From: Bacteroidota bacterium
GTDB taxonomy: Bacteria; Bacteroidota; Bacteroidia; AKYH767-A; JAHEYN01
DNA: 64,000 bases
Reading direction: 5' to 3'
NCBI GenBank assembly: GCA_023251555.1
Contig: JAHEYN010000008.1
Location: 11,535-75,534, forward strand
Made by a program: the position numbers and the translations under genes. The notes under the pieces were generated by a model that ran no database searches, was not told the origin of the DNA, and was given only the letters and a program-made list of their open reading frames with translations. Positions 10,128-21,211 of the stretch are shown here, piece by piece (position 1 is the first letter of the stretch; each line of letters opens with the position of its first letter).

Positions 10128-12590
10128 ATGCAGCGTTATCTTTTCATAACCATTGTTTTGCTCCTTTTACAGGGAACAAGACTTTTGCATGCACAGACAA
10201 AAGTATCCGGCACTGTTACCGATGCCCTTACAAATGAAACAATACCTTTTGCAAATATCTTTTTTAAAGGCACAAACACAGGGACCGTTACCGATGTAAA
10301 CGGAAATTTTACCATTCAGGCGGATAACCCTTCTGATTCGCTTGTAGCTTCGTTCGTAGGATATATCAGTGCTTCCATACCTGTAACAAAGAATAAAAGC
10401 CAGGTAATCAACTTTTCCCTCAAAGCCAGCAAGATGGAACTCCCGGAGATAGTGATAAGACCGGGGGTGAATCCTGCACTTGCCATGCTTAAAAAGATAC
10501 AGGAGAACAAAGAAAAAAACGACAAGAAAAACCTCGATGCTTACGAACAGGAAGTGTATACCAAACTTGAATTCGACATTAACAACATTACCGAAAAATT
10601 CAAAAAGAAAAAAGTGATGCGTCCTTTTGCATTCGTGTTTGACAACATTGACACCACCGCTACCAACAAAAAACCCTTCCTCCCCATTTTCATCTCGGAA
10701 GCTTTGTCCGACTTCTATTACAGGAGCAGTCCGGCGGCACAAAAAGAAATTATCAAAGCCAGTAAAGTATCCGGGGTGGAAAATGAGACGGTTACGCAGT
10801 TTCTCGGCGACATGTACCAGAACACCAACATTTATGATAACTTTATTAATGTGTTCGGGAAAAGCTTTGTAAGCCCTCTTGCCAACATAGGCCAGGTATA
10901 TTACAGGTATTACATCGTGGACAGTGCCTTTTTCGGGGATAAATGGTGTTACAAAATCACCTTCCGCCCGAGGCGAAAACAGGAACTGACCTTCACCGGG
11001 GATTTCTGGGTCAATGACACCTCATTCGCCATCCGTAAAATCAGCGCCCGGATTGCCAATGATGCCAATGTCAACTTCGTGGAAGATCTTGCAGTAGTGC
11101 AGGAATACGAGCTGGTTGACAACAAACAGTGGATGGTAACCAAGGATATGCTCGTAGTGGACTTCGTGGCAAAAGAAGAAGGCATGAGTTTCATCGGCAG
11201 GCGATCCACCTCCTACAAAAAAATTATACTGAACCAGCCAAAACCGCATTCATTTTTCGCAGAAGATGGATCTGACATCATTGTTGCTGCAGATGCCGGC
11301 AAAAAAGACGATGCTTTCTGGGCGCATGCCCGGCATGATTCCCTTTCCCTGCGCGAGAAAAAAATATATTCCATGGTGGATACCCTGCAGACACTTCCTG
11401 CTTTTAAGACATGGGTGGATCTTGTAATTCTTTTTACAACAGGCTATAAGGAGATCGGTAATTTTGAACTGGGCCCCTATTACACCCTGTACAGCTTCAA
11501 CACCATTGAAGGAAACCGCTTCCGCCTCGGAGGAAGAACGGGCAATAATTTCAGCACCAACGTAATCCTCGACGGGTACGGGGCATACGGCACCAAAGAC
11601 GGTAAGTTCAAATACAAGGGCGGTATACAGTATTATCTCTCAAAAAAACCCCGGCAGTCGGTCGGCTTCTCCTACAAAAACGATGTGGAGCAGCTCGGCA
11701 AAAGCGAGAATGCTTTCCAGCAGGACAACATCCTTGCTTCTGTTCTGCGAAGGATCCCCTCCAACAAACTAACCACTATTGAAGAAACAAAGTTTTATTA
11801 TGAACGGGAGTGGGTTCCCGGTTTCTCCAGCCGTATAGGATTTACACACCGCTTCTACTCCCCGCTGGACCCGCTTGATTACTCCTATTATGTTAACGAC
11901 ACTAAAACAGGGATCAGGAATACGCTCAACACCTCAGAAATATCACTGTACACACGCTTTGCCTACAAGGAAAAATTTGTGACCGGGAAAGTGGATCGTA
12001 TCAGTCTCGGGACGAAATACCCCGTCCTGCAGGTGAACTACCTCGCGGGACTTAAAGGTGTAATGGGAAGCAATTTCTCCTACAACAGGCTGACGCTGAA
12101 AGTTGACGATAAGTTTTTTATCAATCCTCTGGGATGGGCTTATATTCTCGCGGAAGCAGGAAAAACATGGGGCACTGTGCCTTATCCCCTCCTTGAAGTT
12201 CACAGGGGCAACGAAACCTACTCCTATGATTACATGGCTTTTAACATGATGAACTACTACGAATTTGTGAGTGACACGTACCTCAGCCTTTTTCTTGCAC
12301 ACCATTTTGACGGCCTTTTTCTGAATAAAATTCCTTTACTTAGGAAACTGAAATGGAGAGAAGTGTTAACAGCAAAAGGCGTGGCAGGAAATCTTTCAGA
12401 AAAAAACAGGCAGATACTCCTTGACCCCAATGCCTTTTTCCCCCTGAGAAAGCCTTACGCCGAAGCCGGGGCGGGAATAGAAAACATCTTTGAGATCTTC
12501 AGGGTGGATGTATTGTGGAGGCTCTCCTACCTGGACCATCCCGGTGTCTCAAAGGTTGGTATCAGAGGAAGCATACAGGTAAGTTTCTAA
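10128..12590 (+). CDS. Outer-membrane protein with carboxypeptidase-regulatory-like N domain (DUF5686 type)
   Basis: [40 protein letters not shown], terminal Phe. Confidence 0.85.
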   Translation: MQRYLFITIVLLLLQGTRLLHAQTKVSGTVTDALTNETIPFANIFFKGTNTGTVTDVNGNFTIQADNPSDSLVASFVGYISASIPVTKNKSQVINFSLKASKMELPEIVIRPGVNPALAMLKKIQENKEKNDKKNLDAYEQEVYTKLEFDINNITEKFKKKKVMRPFAFVFDNIDTTATNKKPFLPIFISEALSDFYYRSSPAAQKEIIKASKVSGVENETVTQFLGDMYQNTNIYDNFINVFGKSFVSPLANIGQVYYRYYIVDSAFFGDKWCYKITFRPRRKQELTFTGDFWVNDTSFAIRKISARIANDANVNFVEDLAVVQEYELVDNKQWMVTKDMLVVDFVAKEEGMSFIGRRSTSYKKIILNQPKPHSFFAEDGSDIIVAADAGKKDDAFWAHARHDSLSLREKKIYSMVDTLQTLPAFKTWVDLVILFTTGYKEIGNFELGPYYTLYSFNTIEGNRFRLGGRTGNNFSTNVILDGYGAYGTKDGKFKYKGGIQYYLSKKPRQSVGFSYKNDVEQLGKSENAFQQDNILASVLRRIPSNKLTTIEETKFYYEREWVPGFSSRIGFTHRFYSPLDPLDYSYYVNDTKTGIRNTLNTSEISLYTRFAYKEKFVTGKVDRISLGTKYPVLQVNYLAGLKGVMGSNFSYNRLTLKVDDKFFINPLGWAYILAEAGKTWGTVPYPLLEVHRGNETYSYDYMAFNMMNYYEFVSDTYLSLFLAHHFDGLFLNKIPLLRKLKWREVLTAKGVAGNLSEKNRQILLDPNAFFPLRKPYAEAGAGIENIFEIFRVDVLWRLSYLDHPGVSKVGIRGSIQVSF

Positions 12591-12601
12591 AATTATACCG
12601 C

Positions 12602-13333
12602 ATGGCACTTAAATCGGAAAACCTTGTCAAGAGATACAAAAGCCGCACCGTAGCGGACGGCGTTTCCATTGAAGTTAAGCAGGGCGAGATCGTTGGCCTG
12701 CTCGGGCCGAACGGCGCCGGCAAAACCACCTGCTTTTATATGATCGTCGGGCTCATCAAACCCAACGGGGGTAAAATATTACTCGACGAAGCCGACATCA
12801 CCGGGGAACCCATGTATAAGAGAGCGCAACGGGGCATAGGCTATCTCCCACAGGAAGCCTCCGTATTCAGGAAACTCAGCGTGGAAGATAATATTATAGC
12901 AGTACTCGAAATGACTTCCATGTCACGCCAGGAGATAAAAACAAAACTGGAGAGCATCCTATCCGAGTTTGGACTCCAGCGCGTGAGAAAAACAAGGGGT
13001 GACCTGCTGTCGGGAGGAGAGCGCCGCAGAACAGAGATTGCACGCGCGCTTGCCGTAGATCCCAAATTCATCCTCCTTGATGAACCATTTGCAGGGATCG
13101 ATCCCATTGCGGTTGAAGACATACAGCAAATTGTTGCAAGGCTCAAGAAAAAAAATATCGGCATCCTCATCACCGACCATAATGTGCATGAGACCTTATC
13201 TATCACCGACCGGGCATACCTCCTGTTCGAGGGACGTATACTGAAGTCCGGCACTGCCGAAGAGCTGGCACGAGACCCCGAGGTAAGGCGTGTGTACCTC
13301 GGCCAGAGTTTTGAACTGCGTAACCAGAAGTAG
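12602..13333 (+). CDS. lptB: LPS export ABC transporter ATP-binding protein
   Basis: [46 protein letters not shown]. Confidence 0.96.
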   Translation: MALKSENLVKRYKSRTVADGVSIEVKQGEIVGLLGPNGAGKTTCFYMIVGLIKPNGGKILLDEADITGEPMYKRAQRGIGYLPQEASVFRKLSVEDNIIAVLEMTSMSRQEIKTKLESILSEFGLQRVRKTRGDLLSGGERRRTEIARALAVDPKFILLDEPFAGIDPIAVEDIQQIVARLKKKNIGILITDHNVHETLSITDRAYLLFEGRILKSGTAEELARDPEVRRVYLGQSFELRNQK

Positions 13334-13353
13334 TTTCTCCTTCCAGCGCAACC

Positions 13354-16275
13354 ATGAGTCATTTAAAAAAATTTATCACCGGCAGTCATGACAAAAATGC
13401 TGCGGGGGCAAAAACAATTTTCATTGCCCTGCTTTACGCTCTTTTTCTCGTCCTTGTGATAACTGCCGCCTGGCCATTATCATTACACTCATTCAACGGG
13501 AGAGAAATAGGAGAAGGCGCATTCAGGAATATTGATATCAGCGAACGTGTCAGGCTTTTTTATTTTGCACTGCTTCTGTTTGCATGCCTGGCCTTTGCTT
13601 TCCGGAAAGTGCTGAACCGGCTGCATGCCCTGTTCAATGAAAAAGAAATAAACATCCTCAGCTACTCTTCTCTTGCAGGGTTATTCCTGCTGCTGCTCAG
13701 CCTGTACAGTGAAAAGCTTACCGGCAATATCAGGCAGTTGCCGGGGATAAGCGGGCTTTTTAATATGTTCCCCTCTTTCACGCTCCTTGCAGGGCTGCAC
13801 CTGTCCGTATACGCAGGGGTGGCCGTTTCCAGGCTTGTCAACCCTAAAGAAAGCAGCCTGTCATATGAACACTATGCCCTGTTCTTCATTTTATCCTTCA
13901 ATCTTTTTTTTCTTGCTGCCGCACTTCCGCTGAAAATCAATCATAGTATTTTTATTGCAATTACATCTTCCCTCCTTCCTCTTATCTTTCAGATGGCCGA
14001 ATATAAAACCGGCACCCCTATGTTTTTCCGGAAGATGTGCACTACATGCAGACCACTCGCATTCCTGCCACTTCTCTTCATTGCGGCAGATGAGTTATCG
14101 ATCATATTCAACGCGAGGGGAATCCCGGGTGTCACCCCGGGAATCATCTTCCTGGGAGGTCTGCTGGTAATTATTGCTTTCATGGCCAGGGGTATGCTTC
14201 GCATGCCCACCCTGCTCCCGGAACCCAATAACCTCCTGTCAAAATTTTATTTCCCCATGATGGCAGCGGGCATGTTGCTTTTCGCTTTTTACAACCCGGC
14301 TGCCAGACCTTCCCCTGATCTGTTTGAGAAGGCAAATACCATCCTCCCCATACAGCAGTTTTACGAATACGGAAAACTTCCTCTGGCAGAAACATTTAAC
14401 TCTCACTTGTTCTCCGATCACTTCTGGAGCTTCATCTATACCTTTATAAACGGCTACGACCATAGCGACCCCTTTTCCATGGAACTTTATAATTTCATGG
14501 ATATGATCCTGTGGGGAGTGCTGGTTTATTATTTTCTGCTGTCATTCACTTCTACTCATTATGCGGCACTCTTCATACTGCTCTTTATCCCTTTCACTCC
14601 GGCCCTCTTCCCGGAAAACCAGACCATTGTACTCGTATCCCTGTTCGCATGTGTAAGACTTATCCGCTCCCAGAGCGTGTTTAACTACTCCCTCTGGGTT
14701 TCCTCCATTCTTTTTTTTATTTTATGGAGAGCTGACCTGGGGCTGGCAAACCTGGCAGCTTCCCCGGTAACAGTGATCGCAGGTTTTTATGTTTCAAAAA
14801 CAAATATCAACCTGAAAAATCTGCGCAGGGCCATACTGGGAATCCTCCTCATACTTATCCTTGCAGGCACTGCAATCACGCTGTATTCACATGTGAAATT
14901 TTTCAACGTACTGAGGGATATCACCTCCCATCTTTCTGCCTCCCAGGCTTACGGGTACAAGGCACTTGCTTCGCAATACGACTCTTTTTTCCTGCTCCAG
15001 TACTTCCTGTTTCCCGCAGTTGTAGTGGTAATAGCAGGCATCGTCCTGTATAAGTATGCCAGCTTAGCGGAAAACCGTCAACTGCATTTTGTCGCCACGG
15101 CTCTGATATTCCTGTGCTTCTTTTATCTTTTCAATTTTCACAGGGGGCTCGTCAGGCACGGGTTTGTAGAAGGAATGGACAGGGAGTTGTCTTCTTTTGT
15201 TTTCCTTATTTTCAGCGGAAGCATCTTTTTATTCACAGGAAGAGATCTGAATCCTGTACGCAAAACAGGAATCTTTCTCCTATCAGCCTATGTCATGATT
15301 TACCTGTACAAGTATCCAAAACAAGACCTGACTGCATACAGCAGCCTGTATGACAGGTATGCAGGGAAAACAGAATCCTATGTTCCTCTTTCCTCTGGGG
15401 GAAATAAAATCTGCCGCTGCTCCGTCAGCAATGAATTCAGGGACTCCGCCTATGGGGAATTAGAAAGTTTTCTCTCATCAGTACTGAAAAAAGATGAGAC
15501 TTTCATAGATTTCTCCAACAGCCCCATGCTCTACTTTTATACCCACAGGAAAGAGCCTTCATTCTTTATACAGATCCCCTCAATGCTGCATAACGACTAC
15601 CTGCAAAACAGGTTTCTTAAAAACCTCAAAAAAGAAAAAGTTCCCGTAGTCATTTTCTCCGGCATCCCCGAAACCTGGTATGACCATATGGACGAAGTCC
15701 CCAACGCTGTACGTCATTACAGAATTGCAGAATACATATACACCAACTATCACCCTTTTGCTGTTATTGACAAGAGGGCGGTCTGGGTTGAAAATACTTT
15801 TCACCCACCCGATACGCCCGTCATGCAGCGGGATGAATATTCCGGATCCCCCCGCAGCTATGACCTGATGGATCTTCCTTTTATATGGGGCACATATGAC
15901 AGCCGTATCAGCACATGCCGCGTACTGTCAGTCCCGGCAGCCCTTCCCGTAACAACGGGTATGGATATTGCGCAGTATCCCGTTGATACAGTTATTGATA
16001 AATCTTCGGGCAATTACCTGCTGCTTGAAATTTCTTCCGGTAATTCAATTGACATTCCTGTTGCCCTCAGGTACGGGAAAGGGGAGAAAACAAACGGGGA
16101 GTTCCTTTTTCTCATTCATCCTTCAGCAAACCCATTGAAATATGCAATCAGGCTGAGTACCCAATATAACTGGATGCGTTTGGAAAATGAATGGATCAGC
16201 ATAGCCGCTTCCCCAGGCTCCCATCCCCATGGCAAGACAAGTGTTCTGTCGGCCGCTCTCCTGAAAGGAGATTAA
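13354..16275 (+). CDS. Large polytopic membrane protein with C-terminal soluble domain, possibly GT-C fold
   Basis: Many hydrophobic segments then a soluble tail (DFSNSPMLYFYT); translationally coupled to a GT9 gene. Confidence 0.6.
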   Translation: MSHLKKFITGSHDKNAAGAKTIFIALLYALFLVLVITAAWPLSLHSFNGREIGEGAFRNIDISERVRLFYFALLLFACLAFAFRKVLNRLHALFNEKEINILSYSSLAGLFLLLLSLYSEKLTGNIRQLPGISGLFNMFPSFTLLAGLHLSVYAGVAVSRLVNPKESSLSYEHYALFFILSFNLFFLAAALPLKINHSIFIAITSSLLPLIFQMAEYKTGTPMFFRKMCTTCRPLAFLPLLFIAADELSIIFNARGIPGVTPGIIFLGGLLVIIAFMARGMLRMPTLLPEPNNLLSKFYFPMMAAGMLLFAFYNPAARPSPDLFEKANTILPIQQFYEYGKLPLAETFNSHLFSDHFWSFIYTFINGYDHSDPFSMELYNFMDMILWGVLVYYFLLSFTSTHYAALFILLFIPFTPALFPENQTIVLVSLFACVRLIRSQSVFNYSLWVSSILFFILWRADLGLANLAASPVTVIAGFYVSKTNINLKNLRRAILGILLILILAGTAITLYSHVKFFNVLRDITSHLSASQAYGYKALASQYDSFFLLQYFLFPAVVVVIAGIVLYKYASLAENRQLHFVATALIFLCFFYLFNFHRGLVRHGFVEGMDRELSSFVFLIFSGSIFLFTGRDLNPVRKTGIFLLSAYVMIYLYKYPKQDLTAYSSLYDRYAGKTESYVPLSSGGNKICRCSVSNEFRDSAYGELESFLSSVLKKDETFIDFSNSPMLYFYTHRKEPSFFIQIPSMLHNDYLQNRFLKNLKKEKVPVVIFSGIPETWYDHMDEVPNAVRHYRIAEYIYTNYHPFAVIDKRAVWVENTFHPPDTPVMQRDEYSGSPRSYDLMDLPFIWGTYDSRISTCRVLSVPAALPVTTGMDIAQYPVDTVIDKSSGNYLLLEISSGNSIDIPVALRYGKGEKTNGEFLFLIHPSANPLKYAIRLSTQYNWMRLENEWISIAASPGSHPHGKTSVLSAALLKGD

Positions 16276-17531
16276 TGAAGGTAAAAACCAAAATAAAGAT
16301 TGACCGGATCATTGGAAAGCCGGTTGCATATGTCCTCAACATCTGTGCAAGGACTCTTGGCTTTCTCCTGGGAATTGACCATTCCCTGAGCAAACCGGTA
16401 AAAAATATTGTCGTCTGCAAATTTATGGGGATGGGCAGTATCATCCATGCAGGCCCGATGCTGCAAACACTCCGAACGTCTTTTCCTTCAGCAAGAATCA
16501 TCTTTGTAACATCTTCCGTCAACCGGGAAATTCTTGAATTACAGAACCTTACCGATGAAATTGTCACGATTAACGATGGCAACTTCTTCGGCCTGATACT
16601 TTCATCTTTTACAGCACTGCTGAGGCTATGGAGAATCAATATTAACCTCTATTTTGACCTTGAGCTGTATTCCTACTTCAGCACCATCTTGTCAACGGCA
16701 AGCCTTGCCATCAACCGCTTCGGGTATTACAGGAGATCGAATAAATACAGAATAGGGATATACACTCATCTCATGTATTTCAACACCACGGCGCCGCTCT
16801 CGCAGGTATATTTACAGCTATGCAGGATGGCGGGGTGTAAAAATGTAACGGAAACACTTCCTCCTCTCCCTGTCGGGGAAAAGGAAACGGAAGGAATGAA
16901 AAGCAAACTCAGGACAAAGTACTCCGGCATATTTCCGGGACAATACATGGTAATAAATCCGAATGCTTCCGGGCTTCTCCCGGAAAGACGATGGGGAAAA
17001 AACAACTTTTCGGAAATCATCAATATCACAGGCAAAAAATTTCCCGGGCTGAATATCGTGCTCACAGGCAACACTCATGAAATACCATACACGGAAAGCA
17101 TCCTTGACAATGTCACACCGGAGATAAGACCCTGCGTCATTTCAACAGCCGGGCTGCTGACAGTTCCTGAGCTGGTTGCGCTCATCTCGGGCTGCAATCT
17201 GCTCCTCTCATGCGACTCCGGACCCATGCATATCGGCATGGCACTGAAAAAAAACACTATCGGGCTTTTCGGCCCGTGCAGCCCCGCACAATATCTTATT
17301 CCTTCGGAAAAATTCCTGCCGCTATACCGACAGGTTTATTGCAGCCCCTGTGTTCACCAGTTTGATACTCCTCCCTGCAATGGCAACAACCAGTGCATGC
17401 AGCTTATCTCTGTAAAAGAAGTTGCCGGTGCAGTATTGTATGCACTTGAAAAAAATATACTCCCGGGCACCGGACTTCCGGGAGAGGCTGTTTTCAATAT
17501 TGCCGGGATCGGCGAAATCCGAAAAGCCTAA
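16275..17531 (+). CDS. Glycosyltransferase family 9 (heptosyltransferase-like)
   Basis: KFMGMGSII, INPNAS...RRW, SCDSGPMH, GLFGP, C-terminal CSPC..C...C; ATG overlaps upstream TAA. Confidence 0.9.
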   Translation: MKVKTKIKIDRIIGKPVAYVLNICARTLGFLLGIDHSLSKPVKNIVVCKFMGMGSIIHAGPMLQTLRTSFPSARIIFVTSSVNREILELQNLTDEIVTINDGNFFGLILSSFTALLRLWRININLYFDLELYSYFSTILSTASLAINRFGYYRRSNKYRIGIYTHLMYFNTTAPLSQVYLQLCRMAGCKNVTETLPPLPVGEKETEGMKSKLRTKYSGIFPGQYMVINPNASGLLPERRWGKNNFSEIINITGKKFPGLNIVLTGNTHEIPYTESILDNVTPEIRPCVISTAGLLTVPELVALISGCNLLLSCDSGPMHIGMALKKNTIGLFGPCSPAQYLIPSEKFLPLYRQVYCSPCVHQFDTPPCNGNNQCMQLISVKEVAGAVLYALEKNILPGTGLPGEAVFNIAGIGEIRKA

Positions 17532-17788
17532 TGACTGCCGCTACCCGATATTGAGAAAGTGTAAAACTCCATGATGGGATTCGCGAGCAGTTTCCTGCAG
17601 GCGGCATCAACCTTTTCGCGGGCAGCAGCCTCCGATGAAGCCTCCACTTCAAGAGAGATATGCTTCCCGATCCTGACATCTTCTATTTCGGGGAGACCCA
17701 GGTTCTTCATACTTCCTGTAACTGCCTTGCCCTGAGGATCCAGTAACGCTTTAAGGGGCATTACATCAATTTCTGCCGTGAACTTCAT
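17528..17788 (-). CDS. purS: Phosphoribosylformylglycinamidine synthase subunit PurS
   Basis: LLDPQGKAV, VRIGKHI, LLANPIME. Confidence 0.95.
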   Translation of the reverse strand: MKFTAEIDVMPLKALLDPQGKAVTGSMKNLGLPEIEDVRIGKHISLEVEASSEAAAREKVDAACRKLLANPIMEFYTFSISGSGSH

Positions 17789-18491
17789 GTTTAATAATAT
17801 TTTCTGCGATTGACAAAACTATATATAAAACTATTACCATTGGTATTGCTGCATACAAAAACACCGGCATAAGTATAACCGTGGAAAGCATGAGTATATA
17901 ACGCATACGGTTTTTATTCCACCCATATGTTTTGAATTTGAGAGACATAAGCGGGACTTCCGACACCATGAGAAACGATGTAAGAAGCGTAAGGCCGGAA
18001 AGAAACCATGGATTCAGTATAAGTACATCCAACCCATATCGGTCATGCGCAAGTATAAGCGGGAGAGAAGCAAGCAGCATGGCGTTCGCGGGTGTGGGAA
18101 GACCGAGAAAGGAATCCGATTGCCGGGTATCTACATTGAATTTGGCAAGGCGCCATGCAGAAAAAACCGGTACCAGCAATGCCATATACTGAAGCGGCAT
18201 CATCACGGGAGACATTCCATCCGGGGCGAGAGACTGTTCAAAAAGTTTCCACATAATCATTCCGGGAGCAAGCCCAAAGCTTATCATATCGGCAAGAGAA
18301 TCAAGCTGCTTTCCTATCTCCGAAAAAACTGCCAGCACCCTTGCCGCAAAGCCGTCAAAAAAATCAAGGATGGCCGCAACACCAATAAGGTAAGCACTTT
18401 CACACAGATTGCCCTCCAGGGCGGCAATCACAGCAAGACAGCCGCAAAAAAGATTTATGGATGTGATGAGATTGGGAAGATGCCTGCCCAT
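17766..18491 (-). CDS. pssA: CDP-diacylglycerol--serine O-phosphatidyltransferase
   Basis: DFFDGFAAR...GKQLDSLAD CDP-alcohol motif, RLAKFN, FLGLPTPA; start at MGRHLPN. Confidence 0.88.
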   Translation of the reverse strand: MGRHLPNLITSINLFCGCLAVIAALEGNLCESAYLIGVAAILDFFDGFAARVLAVFSEIGKQLDSLADMISFGLAPGMIMWKLFEQSLAPDGMSPVMMPLQYMALLVPVFSAWRLAKFNVDTRQSDSFLGLPTPANAMLLASLPLILAHDRYGLDVLILNPWFLSGLTLLTSFLMVSEVPLMSLKFKTYGWNKNRMRYILMLSTVILMPVFLYAAIPMVIVLYIVLSIAENIIKHEVHGRN

Positions 18492-18572
18492 GAGAAATGG
18501 TTTTACAGTATTGTTAACAATATCCGCCCTGCAATAGTAAAAAAATTTTGGCGTAAATTTGCAGGAGTTATA

Positions 18573-20000
18573 ATGAAAATAACAGGAAGTCTCCATCTCC
18601 GTTACAGGGATAAAAAATATTTACTTTTTTTCTTCCTGTTTTTTTTTCTGCTCGTATTTTTCAGCACGCCTGTCCCCTTCTTCTGGGACATGATCAACTA
18701 CTCTGCCAAGGCACAATACTATTTCAGCAGCAATTTTTCTGATTTAATCGCCCCCTGCGGCGTAGATGACGGCCACCCTCCCCTGTTCCCCCTTTACATT
18801 GCCCTGGCATGGAAAATATCCGGAAAGTCGCTGGCTGTATGCCACTGGGCTATGCTGCCTGTAATGCTTGGCATAATATGGGAAACCAACAGGCTTGCCT
18901 CCAGGTTCCTCTCACGGAGATTACGGGTTGCAGCCCTCATCCTGGTTCTTGCCGACCCGGTGCTGCTGACGCAATGTGTATTGTTCGGACAGGATCTCTT
19001 CATCATATATTTTTTTCTGCTCTCCCTCAACTCCATACTTTACGGAAAGAAAAAAAGTTTTGCTGTTGCTTCCTCTCTCCTCGCCATGACCAGCATGCGC
19101 GGAATCATGCTGATGGCACCGCTCATACTATGGAACTTCTCAGAAGTCTTTTTTATTGAGAAAAAAAAATGGGGCCTTAAGGATTTTCTACCCTTCCTTC
19201 CTGCTGCTCTTGTGGTTATAGCATGGGGACTGTTCCACTATTCCCGTACCGGGTGGCTTTATTCAGACCCTGAAAAGGCCCGCTGGCTTGCAACTGCAGC
19301 CAGCCCCGCCAAAATGGTCAAAAATTTTGTCAATATTATATGGAAGATCCTGGATTTCGGAAGATTCACACTATGGCTGGTCCCTGCACTGCTGCTGTCA
19401 ACCCGGAAACTTAAAACAGACCGCAACTATATAACACTGGCTATTCTTACGCTTTCGCTTTTCCTCACCTTTGTTTTTTTCATGGTACCTATATCCAACC
19501 CTATCTGTCACCGCTACTTTATTTCCATCAACATTATTGCTGCCATAGCTGCGGTGTACCAGATTCAGTTTATCCGGAGCACATTGGCCAGGAGGCTGGC
19601 TTTCGGAATGCTTCTGCTTGCCATTCTTTCCGGAAATTTCTACCTCTATCCCGAACACCTGAAAAACGGGTGGGATGCTTCACTGAAAGCCCTTCCTTAT
19701 TTCAGTTTAAAGAATCGTGTAATTGAATATGTAAAAGAGAATAATATCGATCCGGGGCAGGTTGCCACAGGATTTCCTCTTTCGGCCCCTTCGAAATACA
19801 CAGACCTTGCAGAGGTAAATTTTTCATTCAGGGACAAGGATACAGGCAGCCTGCGCCAGTTTCCCTATGTTATCCAGTCCAATGTCTGTAATGACTTCAC
19901 CCCTTCCGAACTCGATACACTGCGCTCAGGCTGGCCGCTGGTGCGGGAATTTGCCTCCGGGCAGGTTTATATACGGCTCTACCGGAACCCGGAAAAATAA
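18573..20000 (+). CDS. Membrane glycosyltransferase, GT-C/ArnT-PMT-like
   Basis: FFWD and DDGHPPLF loops, multiple TM helices, HRYF motif; TAAATTTG box at 18554-18561. Confidence 0.7.
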   Translation: MKITGSLHLRYRDKKYLLFFFLFFFLLVFFSTPVPFFWDMINYSAKAQYYFSSNFSDLIAPCGVDDGHPPLFPLYIALAWKISGKSLAVCHWAMLPVMLGIIWETNRLASRFLSRRLRVAALILVLADPVLLTQCVLFGQDLFIIYFFLLSLNSILYGKKKSFAVASSLLAMTSMRGIMLMAPLILWNFSEVFFIEKKKWGLKDFLPFLPAALVVIAWGLFHYSRTGWLYSDPEKARWLATAASPAKMVKNFVNIIWKILDFGRFTLWLVPALLLSTRKLKTDRNYITLAILTLSLFLTFVFFMVPISNPICHRYFISINIIAAIAAVYQIQFIRSTLARRLAFGMLLLAILSGNFYLYPEHLKNGWDASLKALPYFSLKNRVIEYVKENNIDPGQVATGFPLSAPSKYTDLAEVNFSFRDKDTGSLRQFPYVIQSNVCNDFTPSELDTLRSGWPLVREFASGQVYIRLYRNPEK

Positions 20001-20121
20001 AGCCTTTTATATCGTTTCCCTGATGCTGATTTTCAATGCAGGGAAATAGGAAAAAAGCTTATTAATTTGTATATTTGTATAATAAGTACCCGGAAGTCAT
20101 CGTTATAAGAAAGGAACTTCT

Positions 20122-21210
20122 ATGTCTATGAAAAATATATTATTATTTCCTGTTGGGTTTTTCTTTTTGACGGCACCCGGCTATTCCCAGGCGCCCAAGT
20201 ACAGCAATGAATTTTTAGCCATCGGCGTAGGGGGAAGAGCACTGGGAATGTCCAATGCCTCGGTGGCATCAACAGGAGATGTCTCTTCCGGGTACTGGAA
20301 CCCGGCAGGGCTTTTGTCTGTCAAAGGCGACCTGCAGATTACCGCCATGCATTCCAATTACATGAACGGCCTCAGCAGTTTCGACTATGCTGCCGGTGCT
20401 TCACACATGGACTCTACCGGGGTGCTGGCATTTTCTTTTGTACGATTTGCAGTGGATAATATTCCCGATACCTCTGAACTTCTTGAGCCCGACGGAAGTT
20501 TCAACTACGACCGTATCAAATCCTTCTCCGCAGCTGATTATGCTTTCCTCTTTTCCTATGCAAAACATGCCAAAATACCCGGGCTGAACTACGGCGTTAA
20601 TGCAAAAGTTATCCGCCGTAAAGTCGGCGACTTTGCAGGAGCCTGGGGGTTCGGGCTGGATGCGGGGATCCAGTACCAATGGAAAAAATGGAGATTCGGA
20701 GCCATGGGAAGAGATGTTACGGGGACCTTCAATGCCTGGAGTTTTAACCTCCCTGAATCCATGAAAAACACCTTTGCGCAAACAAACAACGAGATACCTG
20801 AGAATTCCCTTGAAATCACCACCCCTAAACTCATTCTCGGGGTAGCCAGCAAGTATATCCTTAAAAATCATTTCTCCGTATACCCGGAAATAAACCTTGA
20901 TATGACCTTCGACGGGAAGCGGAATGTACTTATTAAAAGTAATGTCCTGAGTGTGGACCCCCATGCAGGTATTGAGCTCGGCTATGACGAACTGATTTTT
21001 GTAAGAGCCGGCCTCGGGAATATACAGCAATCTGCCGGATTCGACGGAAATAAAACAACACTGGTACAACCCGCTTTCGGCGTGGGGCTGCGGCTGAAAA
21101 ATCTCATGGTTGATTATGCACTGTCCAACATGGGCGGGCAGGGCGGCCTTCCCTACTCTCACATATTCTCACTTAAACTGGATATCTATAAAAACAAAAA
21201 AGTAAAATAA
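20122..21210 (+). CDS. PorV/PorQ-family outer-membrane barrel (PorV2-like)
   Basis: FLAIGVGGRALGM and YWNPAGL, FadL/PorV hallmarks; TATATTTG promoter at 20070-20077. Confidence 0.85.
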   Translation: MSMKNILLFPVGFFFLTAPGYSQAPKYSNEFLAIGVGGRALGMSNASVASTGDVSSGYWNPAGLLSVKGDLQITAMHSNYMNGLSSFDYAAGASHMDSTGVLAFSFVRFAVDNIPDTSELLEPDGSFNYDRIKSFSAADYAFLFSYAKHAKIPGLNYGVNAKVIRRKVGDFAGAWGFGLDAGIQYQWKKWRFGAMGRDVTGTFNAWSFNLPESMKNTFAQTNNEIPENSLEITTPKLILGVASKYILKNHFSVYPEINLDMTFDGKRNVLIKSNVLSVDPHAGIELGYDELIFVRAGLGNIQQSAGFDGNKTTLVQPAFGVGLRLKNLMVDYALSNMGGQGGLPYSHIFSLKLDIYKNKKVK

Positions 21211-21211
21211 A

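Noticed and set aside
18045-18572. 176-aa N-terminal extension of the 18045..20000 ORF
   Set aside because: It is the antisense shadow of pssA; a promoter box at 18554 and ATG 18573 give the plausible start
20401-21162. 253-aa minus-strand ORF
   Set aside because: Antisense to the PorV-like gene with no motif; a codon-bias shadow
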